DNA of 64,000 nt from a virus (IMGVR_UViG_3300032241_002220:25376-89375), one strand, 5' to 3'; positions 1-11,004 are shown, numbered from the stretch's first letter. The notes: generated by a model from the sequence alone, not told the origin. Numbers and translations: made by a program.

Positions 1-157
1 GGAGAAGAAGCAGGTTTTACAGGTGAAATGCAAGGTAAACGAGTTATGGAATCTTTCGATACTTTATTTGATACTTGGAAACCTAGAGAAAAATTTGAAC
101 TTATCAATACAAATGAAGTAAAAGAAAATGTTGTAAACCACAAATTAGTATATTAAA

Positions 158-889
158 ATGAAATTACTTGATTTATTATTGGAAGTTTATAAAGAAGAAT
201 ATGAATTGAATCTTAAAGAAGGCTTAACTAAAACTACAGAAATAGGTCAAGCAGTCAATATTCTAAAAAAACAATTCCCTGATTGGATATTTCAGTATTA
301 TAAAGGTGATAAGGATTTTACAATAGAAATTTTGAGAATAAAAAATGGTATTAACCTTGATTCTTTTGAAAAATTATTATCTTTATTAAATAATCTAGGT
401 TATTTTATTTCTTATATGGAGATATACGGTGATGATAGAGGCCGACGATTTGAAATTAAGGATAAATATGATGAAAAAATAGTTAAAAATAGTTTTCAAA
501 ATCAAGATATTTATTCCATATATTTAGAATGTGAAGCCAAATTTGATCAAACTGTTAATAAAATACCTGAATTTTTATATCATGTTGCTCCTTTAAAAAA
601 TTGGGAAAAAATCGAAAAAATAGGTTTGGTACCTAAATCAAGATCTAAAAAAGCTTTTCATCCTGATAGAGTATATTTAGGAAAAGATGAAAAAAATACA
701 TTATCTTTAGCTCCAAAATTTTATCAAATTACAGGAATAAAAGAATGGGTATTATTAAAAATAGATACAAAATCTATTCCTGGAGATTATTTTAAATTAT
801 ATTATGATCCTAATTTTAAGTATGGGTTTTATACATTAAACAATATTCCACCTTACGCTATAGAAAAAATAAAAAATATTAATATTTAA
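158..889 (+). CDS. hypothetical protein; C-terminal region weakly resembles KptA/Tpt1 RNA 2'-phosphotransferase motif
   Basis: 243 aa ORF. Segment LYHVAPLKNWEKIEKIGLVPKSRSKKAFHPDRVYL has the same spacing as KptA LYHGT..I..GL...R.YVHL, recalled from memory. Weak. Confidence 0.35.
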   Translation: MKLLDLLLEVYKEEYELNLKEGLTKTTEIGQAVNILKKQFPDWIFQYYKGDKDFTIEILRIKNGINLDSFEKLLSLLNNLGYFISYMEIYGDDRGRRFEIKDKYDEKIVKNSFQNQDIYSIYLECEAKFDQTVNKIPEFLYHVAPLKNWEKIEKIGLVPKSRSKKAFHPDRVYLGKDEKNTLSLAPKFYQITGIKEWVLLKIDTKSIPGDYFKLYYDPNFKYGFYTLNNIPPYAIEKIKNINI

Positions 890-901
890 TTAAAAAGTTA
901 T

Positions 902-2218
902 ATGAACAAACCATTATTTATAATCAGCTCACCTTTTGATACTTTTAGTGGCTATGGAGCTCGTAGTCGCGATATTATTAAGGCAATAATTAACCTAGAC
1001 AAATACGATGTTAAGTTAATCCCACAACGTTGGGGTCAAACACCTTGGGGATTCTGTGATAATAACCCAGAATGGGCATTTTTAAAAGAACACATTCTAA
1101 ATACACCTCAACTTCCAAAACAACCCGAGGTATGGATGCAAATTACAGTACCAAACGAATTTCAACCAATAGGAAAATATAACATTGGTGTTACAGCAGG
1201 TATCGAATCTACTGTTTGTTCTCCTGAATGGATTGAAGGTATCAATAAAATGAATTTAACTTTGGTATCATCAAATCACTCTAAAACAGTATTTGAAAAC
1301 AGTAAATTTGAAAAACGTAATCAACAAACTAATCAGGTTGAAGGAACAATACAACTTCAAAAACCAGTTGAAGTATTATTTGAAGGTGCAGATATTACAA
1401 CCTATTTCCCCTCGGATAATAGCAAAACCACTTATCCAGAACTATGGAATGATTTAAACGATATTAAAGAAGATTTCGCTTATCTTTTTGTAGGACATTG
1501 GATACAAGGTGATATAGGAGAGGACAGAAAAAACGTTGGATTGTTAATTAAAGCATTCTATGAGACATTTAAAAATAAAGCGAAGAAACCGGCCTTAATA
1601 TTGAAAACTGCGCTGGCTGGTTCATCATATGTTGATAGAGAAGAAATACTTAAACGTATTAAACAAATCAAGAAAACAGTTAATTCTAAAAATCTACCAA
1701 ACATTTATCTATTGATGGGTGAATTTTCAGATTCTGAAATGAATGGTTTATATAATCATCCTAAGGTAAAATCAATGGTATGTTTAACTAAAGGTGAAGG
1801 TTTTGGTCGCCCATTACTTGAATTTAGCTTGGTTAAAAAACCTATTATTACTACAAATTGGAGTGGACATACCGATTTCTTGGATAAGGAATTTTGTGTA
1901 ATGCTAGATGGTCAATTAACCAATGTTCATCCAAGTGCCGCTAACCAATTTTTACTTGCTGAAAGTCAATGGTTTTCACCTGATTTAGGACAAGTAGGGT
2001 TTTATTTAAGAGATGTATTTGAAAATTATAAAAAATATACTACTAAAGCCAAACGCCAGGCATATAAAAGCAAAACTGAATTTAGTTGGGATATGATGAA
2101 AGAAAAATTAGATTCAATATTTACACAATATATACCTGAATTTCCTAAAGAAATTGCTTTGAAATTACCTCAAATTAAAAAAATTGAATTACCAAAACTA
2201 AATAAAATAAATGGATAA
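902..2218 (+). CDS. glycosyltransferase family 1 (GT4-like)
   Basis: 438 aa. C-terminal GEGFGRPLLEFSLVKKPIITT matches the GT1 E-x7-E/EGFG motif. Confidence 0.6.
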   Translation: MNKPLFIISSPFDTFSGYGARSRDIIKAIINLDKYDVKLIPQRWGQTPWGFCDNNPEWAFLKEHILNTPQLPKQPEVWMQITVPNEFQPIGKYNIGVTAGIESTVCSPEWIEGINKMNLTLVSSNHSKTVFENSKFEKRNQQTNQVEGTIQLQKPVEVLFEGADITTYFPSDNSKTTYPELWNDLNDIKEDFAYLFVGHWIQGDIGEDRKNVGLLIKAFYETFKNKAKKPALILKTALAGSSYVDREEILKRIKQIKKTVNSKNLPNIYLLMGEFSDSEMNGLYNHPKVKSMVCLTKGEGFGRPLLEFSLVKKPIITTNWSGHTDFLDKEFCVMLDGQLTNVHPSAANQFLLAESQWFSPDLGQVGFYLRDVFENYKKYTTKAKRQAYKSKTEFSWDMMKEKLDSIFTQYIPEFPKEIALKLPQIKKIELPKLNKING

Positions 2219-2678
2219 CTTAACAATTTGTGATAGATGCGGCTCGGATGCTTGCTTTGTAAATGAAATTCCTTCAATAAATAGGGAAATGATCGAAACC
2301 CATCATTGTATGGGTTGTGGTTTTATTACAAACTCATTAATGAAAGAAGGAGAACAATTCCTTGAAGAACAAAAAACAGTTCTTCCTGATCTGTATAAAG
2401 CATTGTTTTACACCGATTCAGAAGGTAAAATATGGATGCCATCTGCTGTGAATCTTCCCCAACAAGGAATGATATTTGCTAATGGTAATAGTGCAGATAA
2501 TTGGAAATGGAGCGCTGTTAAGGCAGTACCCGTTACCGAAGAAGAAAAAACAAAATACCCAATCCCCGGTAAAAAGAACAAATACTACGAATTTAGAATG
2601 GACATGACAACCATGAAACATTTTGAAGAAAGAGAATACATAGACGCCCTAGAATTCATAGGTATTCTTCCAGAGTAG
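2211..2678 (+). CDS. hypothetical Cys-rich (zinc-ribbon-like) protein
   Basis: 155 aa. CDRCGSDAC...HHCMGCG cysteine pairs. Overlaps the previous stop by 8 nt. Confidence 0.5.
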   Translation: MDNLTICDRCGSDACFVNEIPSINREMIETHHCMGCGFITNSLMKEGEQFLEEQKTVLPDLYKALFYTDSEGKIWMPSAVNLPQQGMIFANGNSADNWKWSAVKAVPVTEEEKTKYPIPGKKNKYYEFRMDMTTMKHFEEREYIDALEFIGILPE

Positions 2679-2715
2679 ATTTGGAAATCCAAATACTCTG
2701 TCGTACATTTAATAC

Positions 2716-2979
2716 ATGGAAAAAATAACAAAAGAACAGTATTTAAATTATCTACGAAACGGAGCATTTGATGTTATTGTATTTTATGAATATTATAACG
2801 AATTTAATACTAAACCTGAATATAGTTTTAGTTTAGAAGACTTCAATAATATATTTAGCCATTATGTACAAACCGTAGGTTATAATAATGTTGTTAATAC
2901 TATTAGATCACATTATTCCCGTAAGTTTAATGTGTATGAAGTAACAGATAAAACAGGAAAAATTGTAGGTTATTACTAA
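2716..2979 (+). CDS. hypothetical protein
   Basis: 87 aa ORF, same-strand tight packing. Confidence 0.45.
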   Translation: MEKITKEQYLNYLRNGAFDVIVFYEYYNEFNTKPEYSFSLEDFNNIFSHYVQTVGYNNVVNTIRSHYSRKFNVYEVTDKTGKIVGYY

Positions 2980-2988
2980 AATACAAAT

Positions 2989-3618
2989 ATGAAAATAAGT
3001 TATACTGTAACGGTGTGTAATGAATTTGTAGAAATACAAAAATTATTACCCTACCTTCTAATAAATAAAAGACCACAAGACGAAATTGTAATTTTATATG
3101 ATTCAAAAAACGGTGATGAAGCCGTAGATGAATATTTAAGATCTCAATCAATAGCCAATCCGACTAATTTTTTGTGGGTATCTAGAGAATTCAACAACGA
3201 TTTTGGAGATTGGAAAAACCAATTAAGTGATTTATGTACTGGAGACTATATATTCCAAATAGATGCTGATGAAATACCTAATATATTTCTGATGAACTAT
3301 CTACATGAAGTAATAGAACTAAACCCAGAAATAGATATTTTATTGGTTCCCAGAGAAAATTATGTCAATGGTCTTACCCCAGAACATATTAAAAAATGGG
3401 GATGGAAAGTTGATGAAAATAAAAGAATAAATTGGCCTGATTTACAATGGCGTATTTATAAAAATATACCTGAAATTAAATGGGTAAATAAAGTACATGA
3501 ACGTTTAGAAGGTTTTAAAGTTTATACCCATTTACCTCTTATGTCTGAATGGAGTTTAAATCATACTAAAGACATTAAACGTCAAGAAAAACAAAATAAT
3601 TTTTATGATACTATATAA
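2989..3618 (+). CDS. putative glycosyltransferase family 2-like protein
   Basis: 209 aa. Rossmann-like N-terminus and an acidic DADE motif (FQIDADEIP) typical of GT-A DxD. Confidence 0.45.
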   Translation: MKISYTVTVCNEFVEIQKLLPYLLINKRPQDEIVILYDSKNGDEAVDEYLRSQSIANPTNFLWVSREFNNDFGDWKNQLSDLCTGDYIFQIDADEIPNIFLMNYLHEVIELNPEIDILLVPRENYVNGLTPEHIKKWGWKVDENKRINWPDLQWRIYKNIPEIKWVNKVHERLEGFKVYTHLPLMSEWSLNHTKDIKRQEKQNNFYDTI

Positions 3619-4531
3619 GGAAAAATTATCACATCAAACAAAATTAACGGTTGGAAGGATGTGGTATCAAAAAGGTAGAGAAGCATACTTTGGATTAAAA
3701 CACTTAACTGAATCTTTTCCTAATATAGAATTTGATATCCATCTTATAATTAATGATCATGAATATGTAGATGAATATACTAATAAAATAGATGATTTAA
3801 ATCTTAATATTACATTTTATAAAAAAGATTTCTTTAAAGAATATCTTCAAAAACATTATTTGTTAGATAAAGAAATAATAAATAATATTATTAATTTACC
3901 CCATTTTTATCATATAATAATAGGACATTATTTACGAAGAGTTCATTTAGTTGATTATATGTTAACTTATGAATATGACGTTGTATTTAAAGATACAGAC
4001 TTAAAAGAATTAAAATATTGTTTAGAAAATAAAATTCCTTTTGGTATAACTGAACCCCATAATATAGGATGTGATAAAGGATTATATCAACATTTATGTA
4101 ATTTATTTCAAACTGATTTAAAACAAGGAAACATTAATTCAGTTAACCCTGATTTTTTAGGAATAAATGCTGGATTTCAAGGTATTAATTTAGAATTATT
4201 TGATGAATTTTTATCGGTAAGTAATTTTACCTCTTTATTGAATATATTTGATTTTAAACCAATGATAAATGAAGATGGAACTAAACGACTAGAGGGGTGG
4301 AATCAAACAATGTATGAAACTCAAGAACAATCATTTTATTCTCTTTTAAATCAAGCATACTCTGAAAATTATATAATATTAAATCCGCAAGAATATTATT
4401 TTTGGCCATGTTGGGATGATATTCCTGAATTTGTAGAAAAATCATTACAATCAAAAGTATTACATTTTACAGGTCATAAAAAAAGTAAAGAATGGTATAA
4501 ATTCATGGATGAATACTTAAACGAAAAGTAA
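3605..4531 (+). CDS. hypothetical protein (glycan island)
   Basis: 308 aa ORF contiguous with glycosyltransferase genes. Confidence 0.5.
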   Translation: MILYKEKLSHQTKLTVGRMWYQKGREAYFGLKHLTESFPNIEFDIHLIINDHEYVDEYTNKIDDLNLNITFYKKDFFKEYLQKHYLLDKEIINNIINLPHFYHIIIGHYLRRVHLVDYMLTYEYDVVFKDTDLKELKYCLENKIPFGITEPHNIGCDKGLYQHLCNLFQTDLKQGNINSVNPDFLGINAGFQGINLELFDEFLSVSNFTSLLNIFDFKPMINEDGTKRLEGWNQTMYETQEQSFYSLLNQAYSENYIILNPQEYYFWPCWDDIPEFVEKSLQSKVLHFTGHKKSKEWYKFMDEYLNEK

Positions 4532-5484
4532 TGAAAAATATATATTTAACTACAAGTAATAATGTTATAACTGGAGGGGTAGAAGCTACTTATCAATTAT
4601 ACTATATTTTAAAACAACTAAGATATAATCCTAAACTACTACTCCTAAATCCAGGAATCCACCCTCAATTTCATCTTAATTGGTTGGATTTACATAAACA
4701 ATCTTTTATTAAAAATTATCCTGAAGTATATAAAAAATACAATATTGATGAAAATGATTTGGTTTGTGAAGTAGAAGATATTTCTGATAATTTTTTCTTA
4801 GTACCGGAAATATTTCCAGATATGTTATCTACTTTTAAATATATTCAAAAAGGTATATGGTGGTTGAGTGTAGATAATGGGTTAGGAACAGACCAAAGGA
4901 ATTTTATAATAGAAAGAAATACTCCGGATTTATGGCATTTTTACCAATCGGAATATGCTCATTGGTTTTTAATTAATAATGGAATAACAAAAATATCTAA
5001 ATTATCCGATTTTATATCCTCAGAATACAGAAATCTAAATATAAATTTATCTGAAAAAGAAAATACAATATTATATAATCCTAAAAAAGGAATTGAAATT
5101 ACTCAAAACTTAATTTCATCTAATCCTAATTTTACTTTTATTCCAATTCAAAACATGACTCCTGATCAAATAAAATCATTAATGTTGAGAAGTAAAATAT
5201 ATATTGATTTTGGAAACCATCCCGGTAAGGATAGAATACCACGAGAAGCAGCAATGTGTGGGTGTGTAGTAATAACAGGATTTAAAGGATCATCTATGTT
5301 TTTTGAAGACGTAAACATAAATAATGAGTATAAATTTGATAATATTGATGTATTTGAATTTAAATTATTAGTAGAAGATATATTTTTAAATTTTAAAAAT
5401 CACTATAATAATTTTAATTTTTATCGAAAACAAATTCAAATAGAAGAAGAACAATTTAAATTAGAAATTAAAAAAATATTTTAA
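4531..5484 (+). CDS. hypothetical protein (glycan island)
   Basis: 317 aa ORF; its start overlaps the previous stop. Confidence 0.5.
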   Translation: MKNIYLTTSNNVITGGVEATYQLYYILKQLRYNPKLLLLNPGIHPQFHLNWLDLHKQSFIKNYPEVYKKYNIDENDLVCEVEDISDNFFLVPEIFPDMLSTFKYIQKGIWWLSVDNGLGTDQRNFIIERNTPDLWHFYQSEYAHWFLINNGITKISKLSDFISSEYRNLNINLSEKENTILYNPKKGIEITQNLISSNPNFTFIPIQNMTPDQIKSLMLRSKIYIDFGNHPGKDRIPREAAMCGCVVITGFKGSSMFFEDVNINNEYKFDNIDVFEFKLLVEDIFLNFKNHYNNFNFYRKQIQIEEEQFKLEIKKIF

Positions 5485-5486
5485 TA

Positions 5487-6161
5487 ATGAAAAAAACAAT
5501 AAACGAATCTATTGAATTTTTAAAAACAATAGATTTTAAAAATATATCTCAAGAAGACCTAGAAACTATACTTCCAACATTAGGAATGAATGATGAATGT
5601 ACCCATCAAATGCCAGGAATATTATTAGATTATTTTGGATGGGGGTTAAAATTTTGGCAATACCCTAATCAATTAAGTAAATTAATTAAATTTATTTCTA
5701 CATTAAATATAGATTCTTATACAGAAATAGGATGTAGATGGGGAGGTACATTTGTTATTATTAATGAAGTATTAAAACAACAAAATCCTTATTTAAAATC
5801 TTGGGCCTGTGACTTAATAGATAAATCTGAAGTTCTTAATGAATATTCTAACTATTCTCCTTTTACTTATATCAAAAATAATTCTCATTCTGAAGATTTT
5901 GCATCAATATTTCCTAAAAATATAGATTTTATTTTTATTGATGGTGATCATTCATATGAAGGAGTAAAAGAAGATTATGAAATGATGTTAAAATTTAATC
6001 CTAGATATATGATGTTTCATGATATTTTATGTCCTGATATGGGTGTATATCAATTTTGGAATGAAATTAAAACACAATACAAGCATTACGAATTTACAGA
6101 TCAATATGATATTACAAACAATAAGGGTTTATTAGGAATTGGAGTTATAGAATTAAATTAA
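5487..6161 (+). CDS. class I SAM-dependent O-methyltransferase-like
   Basis: 224 aa. IGCRWGGT...FIFIDGDHSYEGVKEDYE resembles the Methyltransf_24/CmcI-type fold motif. Confidence 0.55.
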   Translation: MKKTINESIEFLKTIDFKNISQEDLETILPTLGMNDECTHQMPGILLDYFGWGLKFWQYPNQLSKLIKFISTLNIDSYTEIGCRWGGTFVIINEVLKQQNPYLKSWACDLIDKSEVLNEYSNYSPFTYIKNNSHSEDFASIFPKNIDFIFIDGDHSYEGVKEDYEMMLKFNPRYMMFHDILCPDMGVYQFWNEIKTQYKHYEFTDQYDITNNKGLLGIGVIELN

Positions 6162-6162
6162 A

Positions 6163-7257
6163 ATGATGTACGATTATATAATAATAGGATCTGGTTTTTA
6201 TGGTTCAATATGTGCTTATGAATTAAATAAAGCAGGATATAAATGTCTTGTTTTAGAAAAAAGAAACCATATTGGTGGAAATTGTTATACTGAAAATAGA
6301 GATGATATTAATATTCATATTTATGGGGCTCACATATTTCATACTTCAAATGAAGAAGTATGGAAATGGATTAATCAATTTGTTTCTTTTAATAATTATA
6401 TTAATTCACCTGTGGCTAATTATAATAATGAAATATATTCTTTACCATTTAATATGTGGACTTTCAGTAAACTATGGAATATTACTCATCCATATCAAGC
6501 TAAAGCAATTATAGAAGAACAAAGTAAAGAAATAAATGAACCAACTAATTTAGAAGAACAAGCAATTAAATTAGTAGGTAGAGACGTATATGAAAAATTA
6601 ATTAAAGGTTACACTGAAAAACAATGGAAAAAACCATGTGTTGATTTGCCTAAAGAAATTATTAAACGTTTACCCGTTAGATTTACGTACAACAATAATT
6701 ATTTTAATGATAAATATCAAGGTATTCCTATTGGTGGTTATACCCAAATATTTGGAAAATTATTAGCAGGTATTGAGGTTAAATTAAATACAGATTATTT
6801 ACAAGATAAAATATATTGGAATAACCAAGCCCGTAAAATAATTTATACTGGTCCTATTGATGCTTATTATAATTATCAATTCGGTGAGTTAGAATACAAA
6901 ACAACTTTTTTTGATCATAAAAAAATTATAACAGATAATTATCAAGGAAATGCAGTAATAAATTTCACAAATAAAGATATTCCTTACACCAGAATAATCG
7001 AACATAAACATTTTGAATTTGGAACTCAACCACATACATGGATATCATTTGAATATCCCGTTGATTACAAAATAGGAAAAACAGAACCATATTATCCGGT
7101 TAATGATAAAGAAAATAATTTAAAATATTCTCAATACAAAGAATTGTCTAATCAAGAAAAAAATATTATATTTGGGGGTCGTTTAGCTGAATATAAATAT
7201 TATGATATGCATCAAGTAATTGAATCTGCTTTAAATACAATTAAAACAATAATATGA
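6163..7257 (+). CDS. glf: UDP-galactopyranose mutase
   Basis: 364 aa. N-terminus YDYIIIGSGFYGSICAYELNKAGYKCLVLEKRNHIGGNCYTE...IHIYGAHIFHT matches the FAD-binding UGM signature closely. Confidence 0.85.
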   Translation: MMYDYIIIGSGFYGSICAYELNKAGYKCLVLEKRNHIGGNCYTENRDDINIHIYGAHIFHTSNEEVWKWINQFVSFNNYINSPVANYNNEIYSLPFNMWTFSKLWNITHPYQAKAIIEEQSKEINEPTNLEEQAIKLVGRDVYEKLIKGYTEKQWKKPCVDLPKEIIKRLPVRFTYNNNYFNDKYQGIPIGGYTQIFGKLLAGIEVKLNTDYLQDKIYWNNQARKIIYTGPIDAYYNYQFGELEYKTTFFDHKKIITDNYQGNAVINFTNKDIPYTRIIEHKHFEFGTQPHTWISFEYPVDYKIGKTEPYYPVNDKENNLKYSQYKELSNQEKNIIFGGRLAEYKYYDMHQVIESALNTIKTII

Positions 7258-7928
7258 AAATAATATACAGAATATCAGATGCTGGTTATAATAAAGTAAA
7301 ACCATATTACATAAACAATGAAAATTGTTTAGAGAATGCTAGTCAAGTATTTGATAAAGCTGATTGGTTAGTAATAGCAGACAATTGTTCCCAATCTACT
7401 TTAGATATTATATCCAAATATCAATCCAATATTATTAAAGTATCAGTAGGTCATGGTGCTGGAACATTTAATTTAGCATTAGATGAAGCACTAAAATATG
7501 ATGATGAAGAAATAATATATTTTGTAGAAAACGATTATTTACATAAACCAGGTTCTCAAGATATATTACTAGAAGGTTTTAACACAGGAGCAAATTATGT
7601 TGCTCTTTATGATCACCCCGATAAGTATATAGATGGAGCAAATCCGGAAGTAATAGATGGAGGAGAAATTACTAGAGTTGTATTAACTAATTCCTGTCAT
7701 TGGAAATTAACTAATTCAACAACAATGACTTTTGCTTCTGAAGTTAAAACATTAAAACAGGATGAAGAAATATTAAGACTTTATACAAAAGGTACTTATC
7801 CTAAAGATTTTGAAATGTTTCTTGCTTTAAGAGATAAAGGAAGAAGTCTTATAACTTCTATACCTGGATATTCTACACATGGTGAAACAGCTTGGTTAAC
7901 CCCTTTAACAAATTGGTCAAGAATATGA
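7254..7928 (+). CDS. hypothetical protein (glycan island)
   Basis: 224 aa ORF between glf and a GT2 gene. Confidence 0.5.
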   Translation: MKIIYRISDAGYNKVKPYYINNENCLENASQVFDKADWLVIADNCSQSTLDIISKYQSNIIKVSVGHGAGTFNLALDEALKYDDEEIIYFVENDYLHKPGSQDILLEGFNTGANYVALYDHPDKYIDGANPEVIDGGEITRVVLTNSCHWKLTNSTTMTFASEVKTLKQDEEILRLYTKGTYPKDFEMFLALRDKGRSLITSIPGYSTHGETAWLTPLTNWSRI

Positions 7929-8677
7929 TATCAGTAATTATTCCAACATATAAATCCCCCGATGCTCTTGATTTATGCCTTAAATCAGCAATTGAGGGAC
8001 AAATAAATAAAAATCAAATTATAGTTGTAGTTGATGGTTTTTATAATTTAAATAAAGATGTACTTGAAAAATATAAAGACAATATTGATATTCTTAATTT
8101 AGAAGAAAATGTTGGATTATGTCGAGGAACTAATTTAGGTGTTTACAATGCTCAATATAATAAAATATTAATTGTAAATGATGATAATGTATTTCCTAAT
8201 AAATGGGATATTACTTTAGAAAAAAATTATAGAGTAGAATGTGTAATATCTCCAAATCAAATAGAACCATATCCAAGTATGTTTAAACAATTTAAAATAC
8301 ATGACTTAGGAAGAGATCCTAAAACATTTGATTTAAAAGCATTTTGGGAAAGAGAAATAAAACTAAGCCAACCTAAGAATGATAATACAGGTTCAACACT
8401 CCCTATATTTATGTCTAAAATAGATTATTTAAGATTAGGTGGTTGGGATGAAAATTATGAGATGGGAATGGTTGCTGATTGGGATTTTTTATTAAAATGT
8501 CAATTATCTGGATTAAAAATGTTAAGAACATATGAATGTCATTTTTACCATTTTGCTTCAATCTCAGTAAATGGAGATAAAAGAAAACAAGCAGAACAAA
8601 ATGGTCACGAATATGCTAGATATAAATGGGGGAATTACATCAAACATAACCCTTATAATAATTTAAAATATTTATAA
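7925..8677 (+). CDS. glycosyltransferase family 2
   Basis: ISVIIPTYKSPDALDLC...VVDGF is the classic GT2 N-terminus. Start moved to the internal ATG at 7925 because the track ORF (7892) overlaps the upstream gene. Confidence 0.6.
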   Translation: MISVIIPTYKSPDALDLCLKSAIEGQINKNQIIVVVDGFYNLNKDVLEKYKDNIDILNLEENVGLCRGTNLGVYNAQYNKILIVNDDNVFPNKWDITLEKNYRVECVISPNQIEPYPSMFKQFKIHDLGRDPKTFDLKAFWEREIKLSQPKNDNTGSTLPIFMSKIDYLRLGGWDENYEMGMVADWDFLLKCQLSGLKMLRTYECHFYHFASISVNGDKRKQAEQNGHEYARYKWGNYIKHNPYNNLKYL

Positions 8678-8836
8678 TTATGAGATACGGCTTTTACTTT
8701 AGAAACGACCCCCACCAAGAAATAATAGATAAAACTATTGCTTTTTCAAGACTATCAGCAGCAAAATTATTTGCTAGTAGAAAAAAATTAGATTTAAAAT
8801 CATTTTTAAAAATATGTGGTGTAAAAAAATTATAAA

Positions 8837-9223
8837 ATGGATATAAGAAAATTTGGCCAACGATTAAAAGTTGAAGAAAATAAGGCCAATAAAACCCTTA
8901 AAGAAAAAGACATATTCATTGAAAATATTACTTTATTAGAGACCTGTATAGAACGTTCTGATAAATTGTTTAATGAAATGATGGTGGATTTTTATATGTA
9001 TGAAGAACCATTCTTGCAAATTATTGAAAATCTACTATTCATGAAATATGGAGAGATAATCAGTGAATTAATAGCATGGTATGTTTATGACCGAAAAGAA
9101 CAAGACGGAACAATTCATCCTTTAGTATTTGAAGAAGAAGGACAAGAACCAAAAGAAATAATAATCAAAACCCCAGAAGAACTGTGGAAATTTATAGATA
9201 AAAATTTAAAATTAAATAAATAA
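8837..9223 (+). CDS. hypothetical protein
   Basis: 128 aa ORF. Confidence 0.5.
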   Translation: MDIRKFGQRLKVEENKANKTLKEKDIFIENITLLETCIERSDKLFNEMMVDFYMYEEPFLQIIENLLFMKYGEIISELIAWYVYDRKEQDGTIHPLVFEEEGQEPKEIIIKTPEELWKFIDKNLKLNK

Positions 9224-9226
9224 GTT

Positions 9227-9544
9227 ATGGAAACAACACGTTATTGTAAATGCGGTGTTCAAATACCTACAGCAAGATTAAAAATTTTACCTAATACTCG
9301 AACTTGTGTTAATTGCTCAGATGCAAAAGCTAAAAAACCAGTTATAGTTCAACGAGGAGAAGGAGATCACACATATACTGAAACAGTAATATTGGAACAT
9401 GATGATTATGTTCATTATATGGAAGAAGAAACCAAGATGAGAAAACGTATGGGTATAGCCACTAAACCAGAATTGTTAGATTTTGAAAACGAATCAACAA
9501 TCCCCGCCAAAATTCCTGATGTAGACTCAGATAAAATAATCTAA
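9227..9544 (+). CDS. TraR/DksA-type C4 zinc-finger protein
   Basis: 105 aa. CKCG..x17..CVNCS C4 arrangement. Confidence 0.4.
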   Translation: METTRYCKCGVQIPTARLKILPNTRTCVNCSDAKAKKPVIVQRGEGDHTYTETVILEHDDYVHYMEEETKMRKRMGIATKPELLDFENESTIPAKIPDVDSDKII

Positions 9545-9545
9545 C

Positions 9546-10193
9546 ATGCCTAAAAGGAGAGATTTTAAAAAGGAAGAGGTCGTTGCGGCTATGGCTAAAA
9601 CCAAGTCTAACCGCGCTGCTGCTAGATACCTAAATTGCTCATATCAACATTATAAAAAATGGGCAAAATTCTATAAGGATGAAAATGGTGTAAGTTTATT
9701 TGATAAACATAAAAACCAATGCGGTAAAGGTATCCCTAAATTTTTAAGCAACTCCCCATTCGGCAGAAAAGAACCAGCACTACTGGACATAATAGAAGGT
9801 AGAATAGACGCGGCCCATTTTAGCCCTCAGAAAATCAAGTACAGGATGCTTGAACAGGGCTATTTAAAGGAAGAGTGTGGTAATTGTGGTTTTCACGAAC
9901 GTCGTGTACTCGATTATAAAGTGCCGTTAATTATGCATTTTAAGGACGGAAACAAACAACACTACAACTTAGGCAACGTCCAACTGTTATGTTACAATTG
10001 CTATTTTTTATACGTTGCTGATATATTTACTGATAAACAAGTAGACCATTTGGAAGATCATGTACCTCACATGGAAAAACAACCTACATGGGAAGTAGAT
10101 GAATATCACCTTAAACGTTTAGAAGAGTTGGGACTTAATGTTTTTGAAAAAGATGATGATGATCCATATAGTCTAGTTAGTAGGAAAAAATAA
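9546..10193 (+). CDS. HNH endonuclease-like protein
   Basis: 215 aa. CGNCGFHE...HFKDGNKQHYNLGNVQLLCYNC shows the His-Asn-His spacing between Cys pairs. Confidence 0.5.
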   Translation: MPKRRDFKKEEVVAAMAKTKSNRAAARYLNCSYQHYKKWAKFYKDENGVSLFDKHKNQCGKGIPKFLSNSPFGRKEPALLDIIEGRIDAAHFSPQKIKYRMLEQGYLKEECGNCGFHERRVLDYKVPLIMHFKDGNKQHYNLGNVQLLCYNCYFLYVADIFTDKQVDHLEDHVPHMEKQPTWEVDEYHLKRLEELGLNVFEKDDDDPYSLVSRKK

Positions 10194-10378
10194 ACAATAT
10201 TTATATGTGATGTCTAATCATAAAAAACATAAAAAATATGATGCTCTTATTCGTGATTATGAGGGACAGAAGGCTAAACATCTTGAAAAATTAGCAACTA
10301 AAATGTTGGAAAATGAAGAAAAGTTTAGTAAATTAAAAGAAAAAGAAACGAGTTTAAAATTTTTAAAGCTTTTTTAAA

Positions 10379-10714
10379 ATGGCTCTGGAACTAACGGTAA
10401 ACAACGCAGACGAATTTCAACACATGGTTGATGAAAAAGATTTCAAAATATCAGAGTCTATAGTAAACGCAATTTTAAAAAACATTAACGGGCGAAAACA
10501 ACATATCCATGTTCTTTCGGTTAATATATTAGAAGATGGTTCTGTAGTAGATATAACGCTTGAACGTAAATTTTTTGTAGAAACCTTGGAGGAAAATTTA
10601 AAATACTTTATTGAAAAGGAAAAATACGAAGAATGTCAACAGATGGTTGAAGCTATTGATAAATTAAAAAAGGTTAAAATAAAAAAAGATAATGGCAAAG
10701 TCAACAGCAAGTAG
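10379..10714 (+). CDS. hypothetical protein
   Basis: 111 aa ORF. Confidence 0.5.
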   Translation: MALELTVNNADEFQHMVDEKDFKISESIVNAILKNINGRKQHIHVLSVNILEDGSVVDITLERKFFVETLEENLKYFIEKEKYEECQQMVEAIDKLKKVKIKKDNGKVNSK

Positions 10715-11004
10715 CGATGCTCATAAAGTAACATTTGGTGTAAGAAAAAAAGGTCAAGCACAAAAAAGTTACAATAAGCATACACCCCGCCCTAAAGCTT
10801 ACAGAAGACAAGGTAGATAATTATGGAAAATATAAGAAAATTCACGGCTTTAGAAGTATTTATGTCTATGCCTGATGATTTACTGGTTGCTATGTTACAA
10901 AGAGACCCAGAAGGTATACAGATAATGTGCCTCGCTCTGGGGATCGAGCTAAGTAATGCCAAAAATGTAGAAAAAATTGAATTTTTTACACCTCTCGCGT
11001 GAGA

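Noticed and set aside
6272-6514. 80-aa alternate-frame ORF inside glf
   Set aside because: Internal to a strongly supported UGM gene. The hydrophobic translation is an artefact of AT-rich sequence.
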